Part shown: positions 1 to 11,783 of the stretch, piece by piece
Position numbering within the stretch: the stretch's first letter is position 1
Layout of the letters: each line of letters starts with the position of its first letter
Source: Monocercomonoides exilis PA203
Taxonomy: Eukaryota > Protista > Preaxostyla
NCBI GenBank assembly: GCA_001643675.2
Contig: LSRY02000021.1
Span: 1,116,001 to 1,180,000 of the forward strand
Direction: 5' to 3'
Length of the DNA: 64,000 nucleotides
The notes under the pieces: model-generated
What the model saw: only the letters and a program-made list of their open reading frames with translations
Told to the model about the DNA's origin: nothing
Database searches by the model: none
Position numbers and translations under genes: made by a program

Positions 1-132
1 AAAGCGAAAGTGGAGATGAAAGAAAGAATAAAAGAGAGAGTGAAAGAAGAAGAGAAGCTGAAAAAGACAGAGCAAGGACGAAAAAATGAATATTTGTGGA
101 TAGAGCATGCAGTTTTAATAATTAATGAATAA
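1..132 (+). CDS. Possible 3' end of a charged coiled-coil protein entering from outside the window
   Basis: Frame 1 is open from base 1 (KAKVEMKERIKERVKEEEKLKK...) to TAA at 130-132; low complexity, no family motif. Confidence 0.25.
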   Translation, partial: KAKVEMKERIKERVKEEEKLKKTEQGRKNEYLWIEHAVLIINE

Positions 133-693
133 TTTTCACTTCACGTTTTTTATTTTTTATGATGAAAAACAAATTATTTCATGTAAAGTTACAAAAGAAA
201 AAACAAAACATTGGAATAGCGTATTTTGACTTTTAGTGATTTTACACATAAAGTCGTTTTATTTTATATTGTTATTTCACCAAATGTGAAAAAGCAACGA
301 GTAACAAATTGACAACAACCGAATGGAAAGCGTTTCAGAAAACTTCGGTTAAAAAAAGTGTTTCGTAAGTGTACTAATTATAAAGCAAAAGGATGTACTT
401 GATCGAATAGTTCAAAGTCCCTTCGAGAAAATATCTAAAAAAAGAGACAAGTCGATCATAACAACGAAAAAATCTGTCAATATCCAAATTGACTTCAATA
501 AATATTTAAATTTATCACAATAGACATATCAAAAAAATATGCACACTAATGAACAAAAGAAAAAGAAAAAAGAAGAGAAAGATAAGAAAAGAAAAAATTT
601 TGAAGTGAAAAGTTAAAAACACTATGCAAATAATAGATAAGAAAAGATAAAAAAAAATCAAACAACAAAAAACAAATAAATAAACACTCGTTT

Positions 694-3600
694 CTATTCC
701 TGTTTCTCTGGCATCTGAAGTACCATCGGTTTGAGGTTGTACCCCTCAACCACAATGGCAAACCGATCGCCAAGCAGCAGCTTCTCGTCAAACTCGACAG
801 AAACTGTCTTTGAGAAGCTCGGCATCAGGCCGAACCAGTTGTCCTCGAAATACACAGGAAGCACCCGCTCAAGCAGAGAGTTGCTCTCTGAGAAGCGGTG
901 GATGCGCAAATGCACAAGAAGAAGAGGGTTTGGAGAGGTGTTGCGGAGTGTGATGTTGAAGCGAATGACAGAAGAAGATGAATTGCGCACAGGAGTGGCT
1001 GACCAGAAAGATAGGAGAGAGCGCGAAGGTTCTTTCTTCACTGTACTGGTGCTGACTTCAACAGTGCCATTTTCAATGGAAGTGAAATATCTCAAGCTTC
1101 TACTGTTAGAGCTTCCGCCTTCCCAATAGAAATTATCAGAAATAACAGTCTCGCCTCCGTTTCCGTCATTTTGCGTTACTTTCGTGGTGAGGAAAAAGTT
1201 TCTGTCAGACGGGAATTTCGGGGAAATGCCAGGGTTGGTGGTAACAAACGAAGATGAGACATCCACAACGGCGGATGTGTTGCTGTACTGCTTTCCATTA
1301 GGCAAATGCACCCACGCATATACTTTCACATCCTTCCACATTTTCCCCGCATTGTTAACAAGATATATCATCTTGCTGTGGAAGTTGTACATCAAGTTCA
1401 GCGGCTGGTTCGCCTTTTTGCAGCCAAAATAGCCTGCGTTCGTGTCAAAGAAGAAATCGTACGTCTGCCACACCATCGACGGCCAGCACGACTGGCTCAT
1501 CCACATCAGAAGCGCACTCGCCCCTTTCGAAGCATACCCTTCAAACATCGCCTTGTGGTTCTCGTAGTTCACAAACTGCGAACGCCACACAAACTCCTCA
1601 AACTCTGACGCTGGAACAAGCGCATTCCCTTGCTTGAACTTGCGGTCTTCACCGTAAAGTGTTGTTTCTCTGACGAATCGCGTTCCGTTCTGAGCAGAGC
1701 CCGAGGCAAAGTCGTGCAGGCCCCACATCAAGCCCCTCGGCCACAAGCCGTAGGACGGAATCATCTCGCGAATAGACTCAGCACTCGGCACATTCGGCAT
1801 CCCCATTTCAGAGTGAAACACACTCTGTCCATAGTTGTAGTAGTAATACGGGCCTTGCACTGTGTATGGGCCATTGCCCTGCAGCTCTACACCTTCCGAG
1901 GGATCAGCCGACGATCCCACGAAAAACCTGCTCCCGTCAAGATCAATCGTCGCCCTCTTCAGCGGATCATACAGCCCGCGAGGCGGCTGTCCTTCGTTTC
2001 TGCCGCAATAGAAGCACAAAGACGGATGCTTTCTCACAAATTTGACTTTATCCTTAGCGTTTTCAATGAACATCTTTTCGTCAGATGGCTCTGGACCATC
2101 CCATGGATTGGCTAGCCAGAAGTCGTCATGGATAAGAATGCCGTTTCTGTCGCACGCTGCATAAAACTCTTCGTCTCCTGTCATTCCGACCCAGTTGCGA
2201 ATCATTGTGAAGTGAGCCTCTTTGTGAAGCCGAACACGAGTTTCATAGTCTTCTGCCGTCCGACAGCGGAGCATCGACTCGTCCATCCCCCAGTTCCCAC
2301 CAGAGCAGAAGATTGGCTTCCCATTCACTCTGATGCGAAATACTCCTGATTTTGAAAACTCCAGTTCTCGCACACCTACATCAAACCAGCAGAAATCGCT
2401 GATTTCGTCACTTGGAGAATTGCTTCGTTCAGTTTCTGAAGTGTTCTTATTCTCATTTGCGATAAGTTCTCCTTCTCTTTCATTTCGTGACGATGAGACT
2501 ATTCTCGCTTTCACATTGCACTTGTACAGATACTGTTCTCCGTATCGATTGGGCCACCATAATCTCGGATTGGATAAAGTGGCATTGACTTCAATTGTTT
2601 TCGTTTCCAGTGATTCAAGCTTCACTGTAGTCACAAATAGCACATCGGTTCCTTCCAACGTGGCTCGGATTTCAGCTGTCAACGCGCCATAATTCTGCTC
2701 TTTATTACTCTGTTCTTCATCATTACTGTATGCCCCTAGTGCGTTCTGCACATCGCATCTGAATGTGAGAAGCGCCTTTTCTGGATTATCAACATCCTGA
2801 AGGTGCGTCTCTACCCATGGATCTCTAATAACAACATCACCTGTGAATGTCAGATACACATCATTGTAAATCCCTGTGTTCCTGCCTCGTATTGTCATTA
2901 CCCAATCCCATCCAATGCTCGCATGAATTGTCGGATTGTCTTTGCCCAGAATGCCTCCGTTGTGTCCTGCATAATCTGCTGTTTTGGTGTCCACTTCGCC
3001 CGGATGCTCGCATTTATGTATAAACACTGCGATGTGATTCAAGCACCCTTGTGGAATGCCATCCTGTTTTGCTGTTTCTGTGTCTGGCTTGTACTTTATA
3101 AGATGTGTGATGTCGTACCGCCCTCGTATGAATGCTCCTTCGATCCGCTTCCCCAGCCGCACTCCGTTCACCCACACATCTGCCTTCCAGTTAATCCCGT
3201 CGAAATTCAGCCAGCACCTCTTCCCTTTCAGCTTCTCGCTCACATCAAACGAGTCTCGGTACCAGAAGTCTGTTGTAAAGAACGAGTCTGATATCTGCAG
3301 TTGTTGGTCACCAAAGTTTGGATCTGGAATGGCACCTAAATTCAGATACGACACCAGAACAGTTCCTGGCACAGTCGCAATCACCCAATTATCATCGTCA
3401 TAATCCCCAAGAGAAATGCTTTCCCCAGTTTCGACCACCTCCGAAGCTCGCTGAAGCTTCCAGTTACCGCCAGACAGGTCTTGACGCATTCTTTCATTGT
3501 CAAATTGCGGCTGTGGAGATGGTTTCACAGTAAGTCCGTTTATCCCCATCACTTCAATCTGCTTAAGTCTTGTTTTCCCCGATTTAATAAACAGCTTTAT

Positions 3601-4551
3601 CATTGTTCCGTATACTGTATCGTTAAATGTAATATGTTGAATAGTGCTTTTTGAAGATGCTGCAGCCTCTTCATACACAGTCTTAAATACTGCTTTGTTG
3701 TTTTTTCTTTCTCCATCTGTACAATTGGACACTTCAATTGAATATGACTGTGGAATATATCCTTCGCTAAATGTTAGGGTAACTTCATGAATTTCGCTTA
3801 GTTCCCCAAAATCAACAATAAGCCATTCTGAGTGATTATTCAATGGCTCCCAATAATTCTCAAATAAAACATTTTTGGATTTCTCGGCATTTTCATTTGC
3901 TGCCCTTTTCTTTCCAAAAATGCTTTTGCCACTTTTATCAAAAATATCGAAAAGCGAAAATTGAATCATTCCTCCAAAGAATCCCTCCAAGTTTCCATTG
4001 TTTTGAGTAATATTGAGACAATAATAATTATATTTTGCAGGCTGTGTTAAATTAAAAGCATAAAGGTGATTGTATCCTTCTGAAAAAGTAAAATCAACTT
4101 TTGTGTCAAGAACAGTCCATTTATTACCATCAAAAGAACCAAGTAATTTCCATGACCGAGGATTTCGACTTGGACTTCCAGGAGAAGGAGAAATAACATA
4201 TGTTGACGGAAGTTTAGGTGGACCTGATATTTCAACTTTTATCCAAGTTTGTGGATGAATGCTGAGAAATGTGCTTTGTTGCGAAGAATTAAAAAGATGA
4301 TGAACTTTGTGAATGTTTGGCTGGTCTGAATATTGAGATGCAATTTTCGAAGACAGTGGTAAAGATGATGTACCGCATAGACCATTTGTTGCAAGATGGC
4401 CCGTGTTGAATTCATTTATTGAACTTGAATGATAAGCAGCTCTCAAATAAGCGATATTTCGAAGTTCTTGTGAATGCTCTCCAAGAATTTTAATATCAGG
4501 AAGAGATGAAACTTGCAGCTTAACGAGCACAATTGCAAAAAATAAAAACAT
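694..4551 (-). CDS. Secreted glycoside hydrolase family 2 (beta-mannosidase/exo-beta-glucosaminidase-like) with N-terminal discoidin/F5-8C-like modules
   Basis: Intronless 1285-aa ORF; hydrophobic N-terminus; GH2 motifs ATVPGTV, WYR, LNFDGINWKADVWVNG, GWDW, LWWPNRYGEQYLY, NGKPIF.GGNW, IRNW, HPSL..YCGRNEG (acid/base) and SEMG (nucleophile); PRSWKLLGSFDG..WTVLD discoidin-like module. Confidence 0.9.
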   Translation of the reverse strand: MFLFFAIVLVKLQVSSLPDIKILGEHSQELRNIAYLRAAYHSSSINEFNTGHLATNGLCGTSSLPLSSKIASQYSDQPNIHKVHHLFNSSQQSTFLSIHPQTWIKVEISGPPKLPSTYVISPSPGSPSRNPRSWKLLGSFDGNKWTVLDTKVDFTFSEGYNHLYAFNLTQPAKYNYYCLNITQNNGNLEGFFGGMIQFSLFDIFDKSGKSIFGKKRAANENAEKSKNVLFENYWEPLNNHSEWLIVDFGELSEIHEVTLTFSEGYIPQSYSIEVSNCTDGERKNNKAVFKTVYEEAAASSKSTIQHITFNDTVYGTMIKLFIKSGKTRLKQIEVMGINGLTVKPSPQPQFDNERMRQDLSGGNWKLQRASEVVETGESISLGDYDDDNWVIATVPGTVLVSYLNLGAIPDPNFGDQQLQISDSFFTTDFWYRDSFDVSEKLKGKRCWLNFDGINWKADVWVNGVRLGKRIEGAFIRGRYDITHLIKYKPDTETAKQDGIPQGCLNHIAVFIHKCEHPGEVDTKTADYAGHNGGILGKDNPTIHASIGWDWVMTIRGRNTGIYNDVYLTFTGDVVIRDPWVETHLQDVDNPEKALLTFRCDVQNALGAYSNDEEQSNKEQNYGALTAEIRATLEGTDVLFVTTVKLESLETKTIEVNATLSNPRLWWPNRYGEQYLYKCNVKARIVSSSRNEREGELIANENKNTSETERSNSPSDEISDFCWFDVGVRELEFSKSGVFRIRVNGKPIFCSGGNWGMDESMLRCRTAEDYETRVRLHKEAHFTMIRNWVGMTGDEEFYAACDRNGILIHDDFWLANPWDGPEPSDEKMFIENAKDKVKFVRKHPSLCFYCGRNEGQPPRGLYDPLKRATIDLDGSRFFVGSSADPSEGVELQGNGPYTVQGPYYYYNYGQSVFHSEMGMPNVPSAESIREMIPSYGLWPRGLMWGLHDFASGSAQNGTRFVRETTLYGEDRKFKQGNALVPASEFEEFVWRSQFVNYENHKAMFEGYASKGASALLMWMSQSCWPSMVWQTYDFFFDTNAGYFGCKKANQPLNLMYNFHSKMIYLVNNAGKMWKDVKVYAWVHLPNGKQYSNTSAVVDVSSSFVTTNPGISPKFPSDRNFFLTTKVTQNDGNGGETVISDNFYWEGGSSNSRSLRYFTSIENGTVEVSTSTVKKEPSRSLLSFWSATPVRNSSSSVIRFNITLRNTSPNPLLLVHLRIHRFSESNSLLERVLPVYFEDNWFGLMPSFSKTVSVEFDEKLLLGDRFAIVVEGYNLKPMVLQMPEKQE

Positions 4552-5147
4552 GAATAAATAAAGAAATAAATGTTTATTTCCGATCTTTTATGATCTCTAC
4601 AATAAAGTTTTTTAAAAGTTGAATCGAATAGATTATTTATGAAAAATAAATATCACTTCATTTCTTATTCACAAACTCACATGCGCAGAAAAGAAAGGAT
4701 AAGAAAAGAAAATTGAGAAGCTTGTTTTTAATGATTTTTATTTTTTTAACTTTCAGTGAAAATCTCAAAACCTCAAAAACATCTTTAGGAATTTCTAATA
4801 AAAATGAACTAATGTTTTTTTATCAAAATTCAAAATAAAAATATTTTATATTCGTTGATGAAATCACTATTAATTTTGTATCTATTCATTGAATTCAATG
4901 AAAACTTGCTTTCAATCGTTTTCGATTTCAAACAAACATATTTAACATAGAAACATGCAATAGTTTTTATAGTAGAAATATCGAAATAGTTAATTATTAA
5001 TTTGTTATTCATGAAATAATTGTGAATTCTTTCAAATCAAATGTGAAAAAATTCAAGAACAAAATAGAATAAATGAAATAAAACGGGGAAAAAAATTAGT
5101 ATATAAACAATTATTTCTTTTTCAACACTTTTGAAAAACAATTATAT

Positions 5148-5330
5148 TTGGGGCATAATTCTTTAATTTTTAAAAAAAAACAACAATTTGTTCCAAACTT
5201 TTTCCACAATCTTATCACGAGAAATATTTCATTCTCATATCAAAAAAACATAGGAAAATTTTCAAAATTAAGAAATTAATTAAATGTGCAGAATGGAACA
5301 AAATTTATAAAGCAAAAAATATCGTCCCAT
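5148..5330 (+). repeat. Dispersed repeat homologous to the interior of the MITE at 26551-26733
   Basis: TTGGGGCA.AATTCTTT...AACAACAATTTGTTCCAAACTTTTTCCACAA.CTTATCA.GAGAAAT...AGAATGGAACAAAATT occurs in the same orientation at both loci. Confidence 0.8.
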
Positions 5331-5338
5331 TTGTACAA

Positions 5339-6559
5339 ATGCCCCTTTATTTTATTAAGTTAAAATTATCGCTGGACTCAGAAAGCAGTGAGTGGGAAGA
5401 AATTTCAGAAGAAGAGGAGGAGGAACCTCAAAACGTTTGATAATTATATTTTTTCTACGTGCATTTGAATCTGAATTTAAATTCCTTTGGGAAATAGCAA
5501 AATGCATTTAACGTCAGAAGGCCACTGTTAAAACCTGTATTTATTCCTAGGCTTGTCAATGCTTATTTACATTAATAATATTTTCTTTTTTAGAGGACAA
5601 AGGGCTACTCTTTCTCAACAAGCTGAAATCATTTCAGCAAAAGAAGAGGATAACGACGAAGAGGCGTATAGATTAGCGGTATTCTTTTTATTTGCAGCTT
5701 TTCATTATTGACTTTATTTAAACAAAGGAATTAGAAAAGGAAAAAAAAGCTGAAGTCATTTATGCAAACATTTTGAGTGAAAAAGCTGCTGAAGAGGAAG
5801 CAAAAAAAGCAGTGGATGGTACGATAATTCAAAATAAAATTTTTAAAATATGATCCTTTTTGTTTATCAAGATGGCTCGAATTTGATAGATGATACAGAC
5901 AAAGATGATGATGAAGTTGAATATGAAATGTGGCGTCAACGCGAACTTTCAAGAATTCAAAGAACTATTCAAGAAAGAGAAGACTTTTTCAAACAACAAG
6001 AAGAACTTACACATAGAGACCAAATGACCGAAGAAGAAAGAAAGTATTACATTTTCTATTACGTTGTTCCATGTTTTATATTTTCAATAAATAAACCTTT
6101 TTTCTAACTTAGTGCAATCGAAGAATTGCATTTGAAAGAAGCAGCTGAAAAGCAACCAAAAAGAAAATGGAAGTTTCTTCAAAAATATTATCATAAAGGT
6201 GCCTTTTTCCAAGGAGAAGATGAGATTTATGAAAGGGATTATTCAAAGCCAACTGGTGAAGATCGTTTTGATAAGGAAAATCTTCCTGGAGTGATGCAGG
6301 TTTGTCATTACTATTAATTTTTGTTGTTTTTGAACAATATTTCAAACATGTTTATAACCTTGCGATAACTGAAATTTATCATTTAATTTTTTTTTTCTTT
6401 TACCCTTAGAAAAAGAGATGGGGATTGAAAAGCAATACAAAATATACACATCTTGTGGCAGAAGATACCACACGATTTGATGATAACCTATTTTTGGAGG
6501 GGCAATTGCAAAAAACGAAAAGAGGAAGAGAAAACCCAAAAGAAGAAAGAAGAAAGTGA
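5339..6559 (+). CDS. MFAP1: Microfibrillar-associated protein 1 / spliceosomal B-complex protein (multi-exon)
   Basis: Exons encode PLLKPVFIPR, EYEMWRQRELSRI, KWKFLQKYYHKGAFFQ, RDYSKPTGEDRFDKENLPGVMQ and WGLKSNTKYTHLVAEDTT; several short introns; TGA at 6557-6559. The ATG at 5339 is the nearest in-frame start and is uncertain. Confidence 0.9.
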
Positions 6560-6740
6560 AATTTTTATATTTGTTCGATATCAACTCACTTCAAAATCAT
6601 TTCATTAAAATACAAAGAAAAAAAGTTTATTTGTTTTGAAGCTAGCATGTTTTTGCTATCTATTTATAAAATAAAAGAAGAAAAACACAAAGTTTAGAAA
6701 TGAGTAAATATTGCGAAGGAAAAAAAGCCGAATCTCCATA

Positions 6741-7943
6741 TCAATGAACATCCGACGTTGAAGAAGCATCCTTCTTCTTTTTCTTCTTCTTCACTTTTGT
6801 CCCTTTGGCAAAAATTGACGCTAGATATTCTTGATAACAACGTATAGATGGGGCATCTGAATCGCATCCTCCTCCTCTTAAAGCTAATTCTATTTCATCT
6901 CTTATAAACATAATAAAAAAATTTTTTAATGAAAATTAAATAAAACAAAGAAAATTCAAAATATCATTTGCAAACAAAGAAAGTGGATTTCCGCTTTTGT
7001 CTTTCCGATGGCGGAACGCTGCAATTGAAGCAGAATCGAGTGATTTTACAGATGCATCAACAGGCCTTGGATACTCTTCATTCTGCATTATTTGCCTCGA
7101 AAGTGCAAGAAGACGCTCCTCCGCAAGAGAAATGGCAGCTGATGCTTTTTCTGGGATTGTAGCTGGAAATTTTGGTGCAACGGTTTCTGATGCATTTTCT
7201 TCTTCCTGCGCTACATCCTCGGATTTCTCCCCATTCTCTGTTTGAGCATCTGAATTTTGCTTTGGCTTTGCTGAAGTTGAAATTGATGAAAATACAGAAA
7301 TTAAATGCGATGTGGAAGATTCATTTGTGCTGTCCAAAGAAAGCGGTGTCAATTGCATCCCTTCTGCAAGATGCTTTGCCATTTCATTCTTTCTTTTTTG
7401 CTCTTCTTCCAATTTAGAAAGTTGCTCTTCAATATAACGTTGGCGCTTTTCTTCCTGATCACGCCTTTCTTGCTCTAGGTCATGAGCCATCTTTTTCATA
7501 AGTTCTTTTCTTTCGATCTGACGGTGAGCTATGCGTGCAGCATTTGCATGCTCAAATTTGCTTAACTGTTCTTTTGTTGAGGCAACTTCAAAATCATTTA
7601 CAAGATTAAATACATAATCCTCTAGTTGTTCCTGATATGAATCATATTCTTGCTGAGATTTAAAGTCAGAAGGTTGAAGAGAAAATAAATTCGAAAGTTG
7701 CTTTCTAATTGCAATTTCTTTATGCATCATTTGATCATCAAACAAAAAAGACTGTGATGTGATTTGACCTTTTCTTATCGGCTTCGCGCAAACGGGGCAT
7801 AAAACTGTTCCAGTTGTTGATGAAGTTGAAAAAAGACGTTGAAGACAATCAAAACATATTTTATGATTGCACGGGAGTGTTTCGAGTTGAAATGTTGGAT
7901 TGAGATATGAACTTCCTTTGCAAACAGAACATGTGAGGTTCAT
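6741..7943 (-). CDS. MAT1: CDK-activating kinase assembly factor MAT1 (TFIIH/CAK RING subunit)
   Basis: C3HC4 RING (CSVC..SYLNP...CNHKICFDC...CPVC), EIAIRKQL, YDSYQEQLEDYVFNLV; a probable intron at about 6901-6975 gives a final exon (DEIELALRGGGC...) ending TGA at 6741. Confidence 0.85.
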
Positions 7944-8185
7944 TCATCAACCAACAAAAAAGTTGGAAAAAAATAATTTATGATGGTTTGCTATTTCACA
8001 TAAACTTTTTTGTTTCATCCAATTTTTCACAACCAATCAAATAAGAATGAGCATATGAGAAAGCGTTTGTTATTGAAAATATCAACGATTTCTATTATTA
8101 AACACATGTTTGAATTTTATCATTGCATTGGAAAACATTAACAAGCTTTCATTCATTCAATTAAGTGTTTAATTCTTTTTTTTTT

Positions 8186-9634
8186 GGCAAAAGGGTATTA
8201 TACCGGAACATTCAAAAACACATCCAATCTGTTAATAACTATTTATGATAAGTAATTATGCTATTTTAACTTGTTAATTTTGTGCGGAAACTCGTTAAAA
8301 AATTATTTTGTAAATTTTATGATCAAAAAATTTTTCACAATTTAAGGGAATGATCAACATTTTTTCTTGGCTGAACCAAATTTGATCTTGAAAGATCGAA
8401 CGATTTCATTGATGAATCGCACATTTTATGACGAAGAGAAAGCATGGAATTGGTATTTCACAGTGCTGCGAGATGGAATTGCACCAATATGTCGAATTCA
8501 CAAAATAGAAAAAAATTGCAGAATGGAAGAAGGATACAGATATTGGATTTGTTCCATATGTAGAAAATTCAAAAGTTCCGTTCATGAAGGAACAGTATTC
8601 GAAAATATGAAAAAGCCACTTGGAATTACTCTGCTTGTATTACTATATCTCTGGTTGAAAATCCCAATCAAAACTGTTTCAATGTTATTGTCCGTGAACA
8701 GAAAAACTAAATCATATTGGGCTAGTGTAATGAGGCGCTGTTGCATGGGGATTTGGAACAGAAACCAGCACTAAATCGGAGGAGAGGGGAAGATTGTGGA
8801 GATAGATGAAGCAATCTGGAAAAGAAGGAAATACCAAAAAGGAAGAAAGAAGAAATTGATTTGGATTTTTGGAGGAGTCGAAAGGTTAGAAGGTGGAGGA
8901 GCAGGTGATAGATTTATGATGATAGTACCAGACAGAACCAAAGATACACTGATTCCAATAATTCTGGATCAAATCAAATTCGGAACAAAGATATATTCTG
9001 ACAAATGGAAAGCTTACCAATGTTTAAGTACGTTTGGTTATTTACATGAAACAGTCTGCCACAAGCGGGAATTCTTCAATAAAGAGAATAAGGCTTGTAC
9101 AAACACAATTGAAGGGTTATGGAAGCATTTAAGGTCATCTTTTCCTCGGTCTGGAATGAGAATAAAATATCTCGCCGATCAGATTGCAATGTTTTTGGTG
9201 AAAAGTTCATTGAAGCTTGAGTTTGAAGATGTGATGAAAGAGTTGATTTATTATGAACCTGTTGAATTGATTGAAGAGGAAAATGAAATTATTGAAGAAA
9301 TGGTTGAAGAAGAAATCCCAGATGCAGAAGATATTCTTCCTGAAATTGAAGATGATAAAGATTTTGATCCATTTGGAGCAGGAGACGGAGAAAGTTCTAC
9401 CGAATATAGCCCTTCAGAATAATTTTTCATTTCATTTACAAATAATTTTTTCATTATATCCATATAAAAATATCATGTCCCAGAATAATTTTTTATAATT
9501 TTGAAAATTTATTATTTCAACACAGAATGATTTCCTCACTCTGATATTTTGTATGAATAAATATAATACTATGATAAATACTTTTATCATAAAATAAAGC
9601 TAATTCTGATGTACCGGTATAGTACCCATTTGCC
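8186..9634 (+). mobile_element. Merlin/IS1595(ISXO2)-like DNA transposon, copy 1 (1449 bp)
   Basis: 26-bp imperfect TIRs GGCAAAAGGGTATTATACCGGAACAT / reverse complement of ATGTACCGGTATAGTACCCATTTGCC; internal DDE transposase; inserted in a poly-T tract. Confidence 0.92.
8350..9422 (+). pseudogene. Merlin/IS1595-type DDE transposase interrupted by an in-frame TAA
   Basis: Zn-ribbon-like CRIH...CSIC, then (stop)IGGEGKIVEIDE, IYSDKWKAY, HETVCH, TNTIEGLW. ORFs 8367-8774 and 8796-9422 are in one frame separated by TAA at 8772. The ATG at 8350 is one base out of frame at a T6 run. Confidence 0.85.
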
Positions 9635-9639
9635 TTTTT

Positions 9640-11088
9640 GGCAAAAGGGTATTATACCGGAACATTCAAAAACACATCCAATCTGTTAATAACTATTTAT
9701 GATAAGTAATTATGCTATTTTAACTTGTTAATTTTGTGCGGAAACTCGTTAAAAAATTATTTTGTAAATTTTATGATCAAAAAATTTTTCACAATTTAAG
9801 GGAATGATCAACATTTTTTCTTGGCTGAACCAAATTTGATCTTGAAAGATCGAACGATTTCATTGATGAATCGCACATTTTATGACGAAGAGAAAGCATG
9901 GAATTGGTATTTCACAGTGCTGCGAGATGGAATTGCACCAATATGTCGAATTCACAAAATAGAAAAAAATTGCAGAATGGAAGAAGGATACAGATATTGG
10001 ATTTGTTCCATATGTAGAAAATTCAAAAGTTCCGTTCATGAAGGAACAGTATTCGAAAATATGAAAAAGCCACTTGGAATTACTCTGCTTGTATTACTAT
10101 ATCTCTGGTTGAAAATCCCAATCAAAACTGTTTCAATGTTATTGTCCGTGAACAGAAAAACTAAATCATATTGGGCTAGTGTAATGAGGCGCTGTTGCAT
10201 GGGGATTTGGAACAGAAACCAGCACTAAATCGGAGGAGAGGGGAAGATTGTGGAGATAGATGAAGCAATCTGGAAAAGAAGGAAATACCAAAAAGGAAGA
10301 AAGAAGAAATTGATTTGGATTTTTGGAGGAGTCGAAAGGTTAGAAGGTGGAGGAGCAGGTGATAGATTTATGATGATAGTACCAGACAGAACCAAAGATA
10401 CACTGATTCCAATAATTCTGGATCAAATCAAATTCGGAACAAAGATATATTCTGACAAATGGAAAGCTTACCAATGTTTAAGTACGTTTGGTTATTTACA
10501 TGAAACAGTCTGCCACAAGCGGGAATTCTTCAATAAAGAGAATAAGGCTTGTACAAACACAATTGAAGGGTTATGGAAGCATTTAAGGTCATCTTTTCCT
10601 CGGTCTGGAATGAGAATAAAATATCTCGCCGATCAGATTGCAATGTTTTTGGTGAAAAGTTCATTGAAGCTTGAGTTTGAAGATGTGATGAAAGAGTTGA
10701 TTTATTATGAACCTGTTGAATTGATTGAAGAGGAAAATGAAATTATTGAAGAAATGGTTGAAGAAGAAATCCCAGATGCAGAAGATATTCTTCCTGAAAT
10801 TGAAGATGATAAAGATTTTGATCCATTTGGAGCAGGAGACGGAGAAAGTTCTACCGAATATAGCCCTTCAGAATAATTTTTCATTTCATTTACAAATAAT
10901 TTTTTCATTATATCCATATAAAAATATCATGTCCCAGAATAATTTTTTATAATTTTGAAAATTTATTATTTCAACACAGAATGATTTCCTCACTCTGATA
11001 TTTTGTATGAATAAATATAATACTATGATAAATACTTTTATCATAAAATAAAGCTAATTCTGATGTACCGGTATAGTACCCATTTGCC
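9640..11088 (+). mobile_element. Merlin/IS1595-like DNA transposon, copy 2 (tandem, apparently identical)
   Basis: Repeats copy 1 at an offset of 1454 bp; separated from it by TTTTT (9635-9639); followed by T11. Confidence 0.92.
9804..10876 (+). pseudogene. Merlin transposase copy 2 with the same TAA (10226-10228)
   Basis: Translations are identical to copy 1. Confidence 0.85.
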
Positions 11089-11783
11089 TTTTTTTTTTTA
11101 ATTTCTTTGAAAATTGCAAAAAATAATATGTTAAAAAAAGCATACAACGGTTTTATACTCAAATAATTAAGAAGTTGGCATTCAAAGAGATAATAAATAA
11201 CAAATTATTTTATGTGAACGTCCAATCAATTTGTTTGCAATAAAAATAAGTACTTTAGAAGCCTTAACAAACAATATCACAATAATGATAATTAAAAATA
11301 AAATAAAATAAAATAACAGTTATCTCAAAAGATGATCTTGACAGGACATACAAAAATAATAAAAAAAAGTAGACGCATCAAAACATTTTTTTTTCTCTTT
11401 CTGAACAGATAACTTGTTAAAAGTAAACACACTCACGTGAAAACGCAACTTTCAAAAATGAAGTCCAACAATTCAATAAATATACAAAAATTTACATACA
11501 ACACAGCTTCACTATAAAACATCTTTCAAAAGATTGAGATGACAAAAAATGAGAAAAAAAAGAAAGAAAATGAAAAAATAAAATTGAAAAATGGTTTAAA
11601 CATAAATTGCAACAACCATAACAATAATAATAAACAGTAACTAATACCACAATATATAATCATCAAAACAACTGTCATTAAAATTTGTTAACTTTATCAT
11701 TTATTAATTTATTGAATATTTCATTTTATTTTACTTTATTTTTCTTTTTATTTCTTCATTTCATTATTTGTTCTATAACACAA

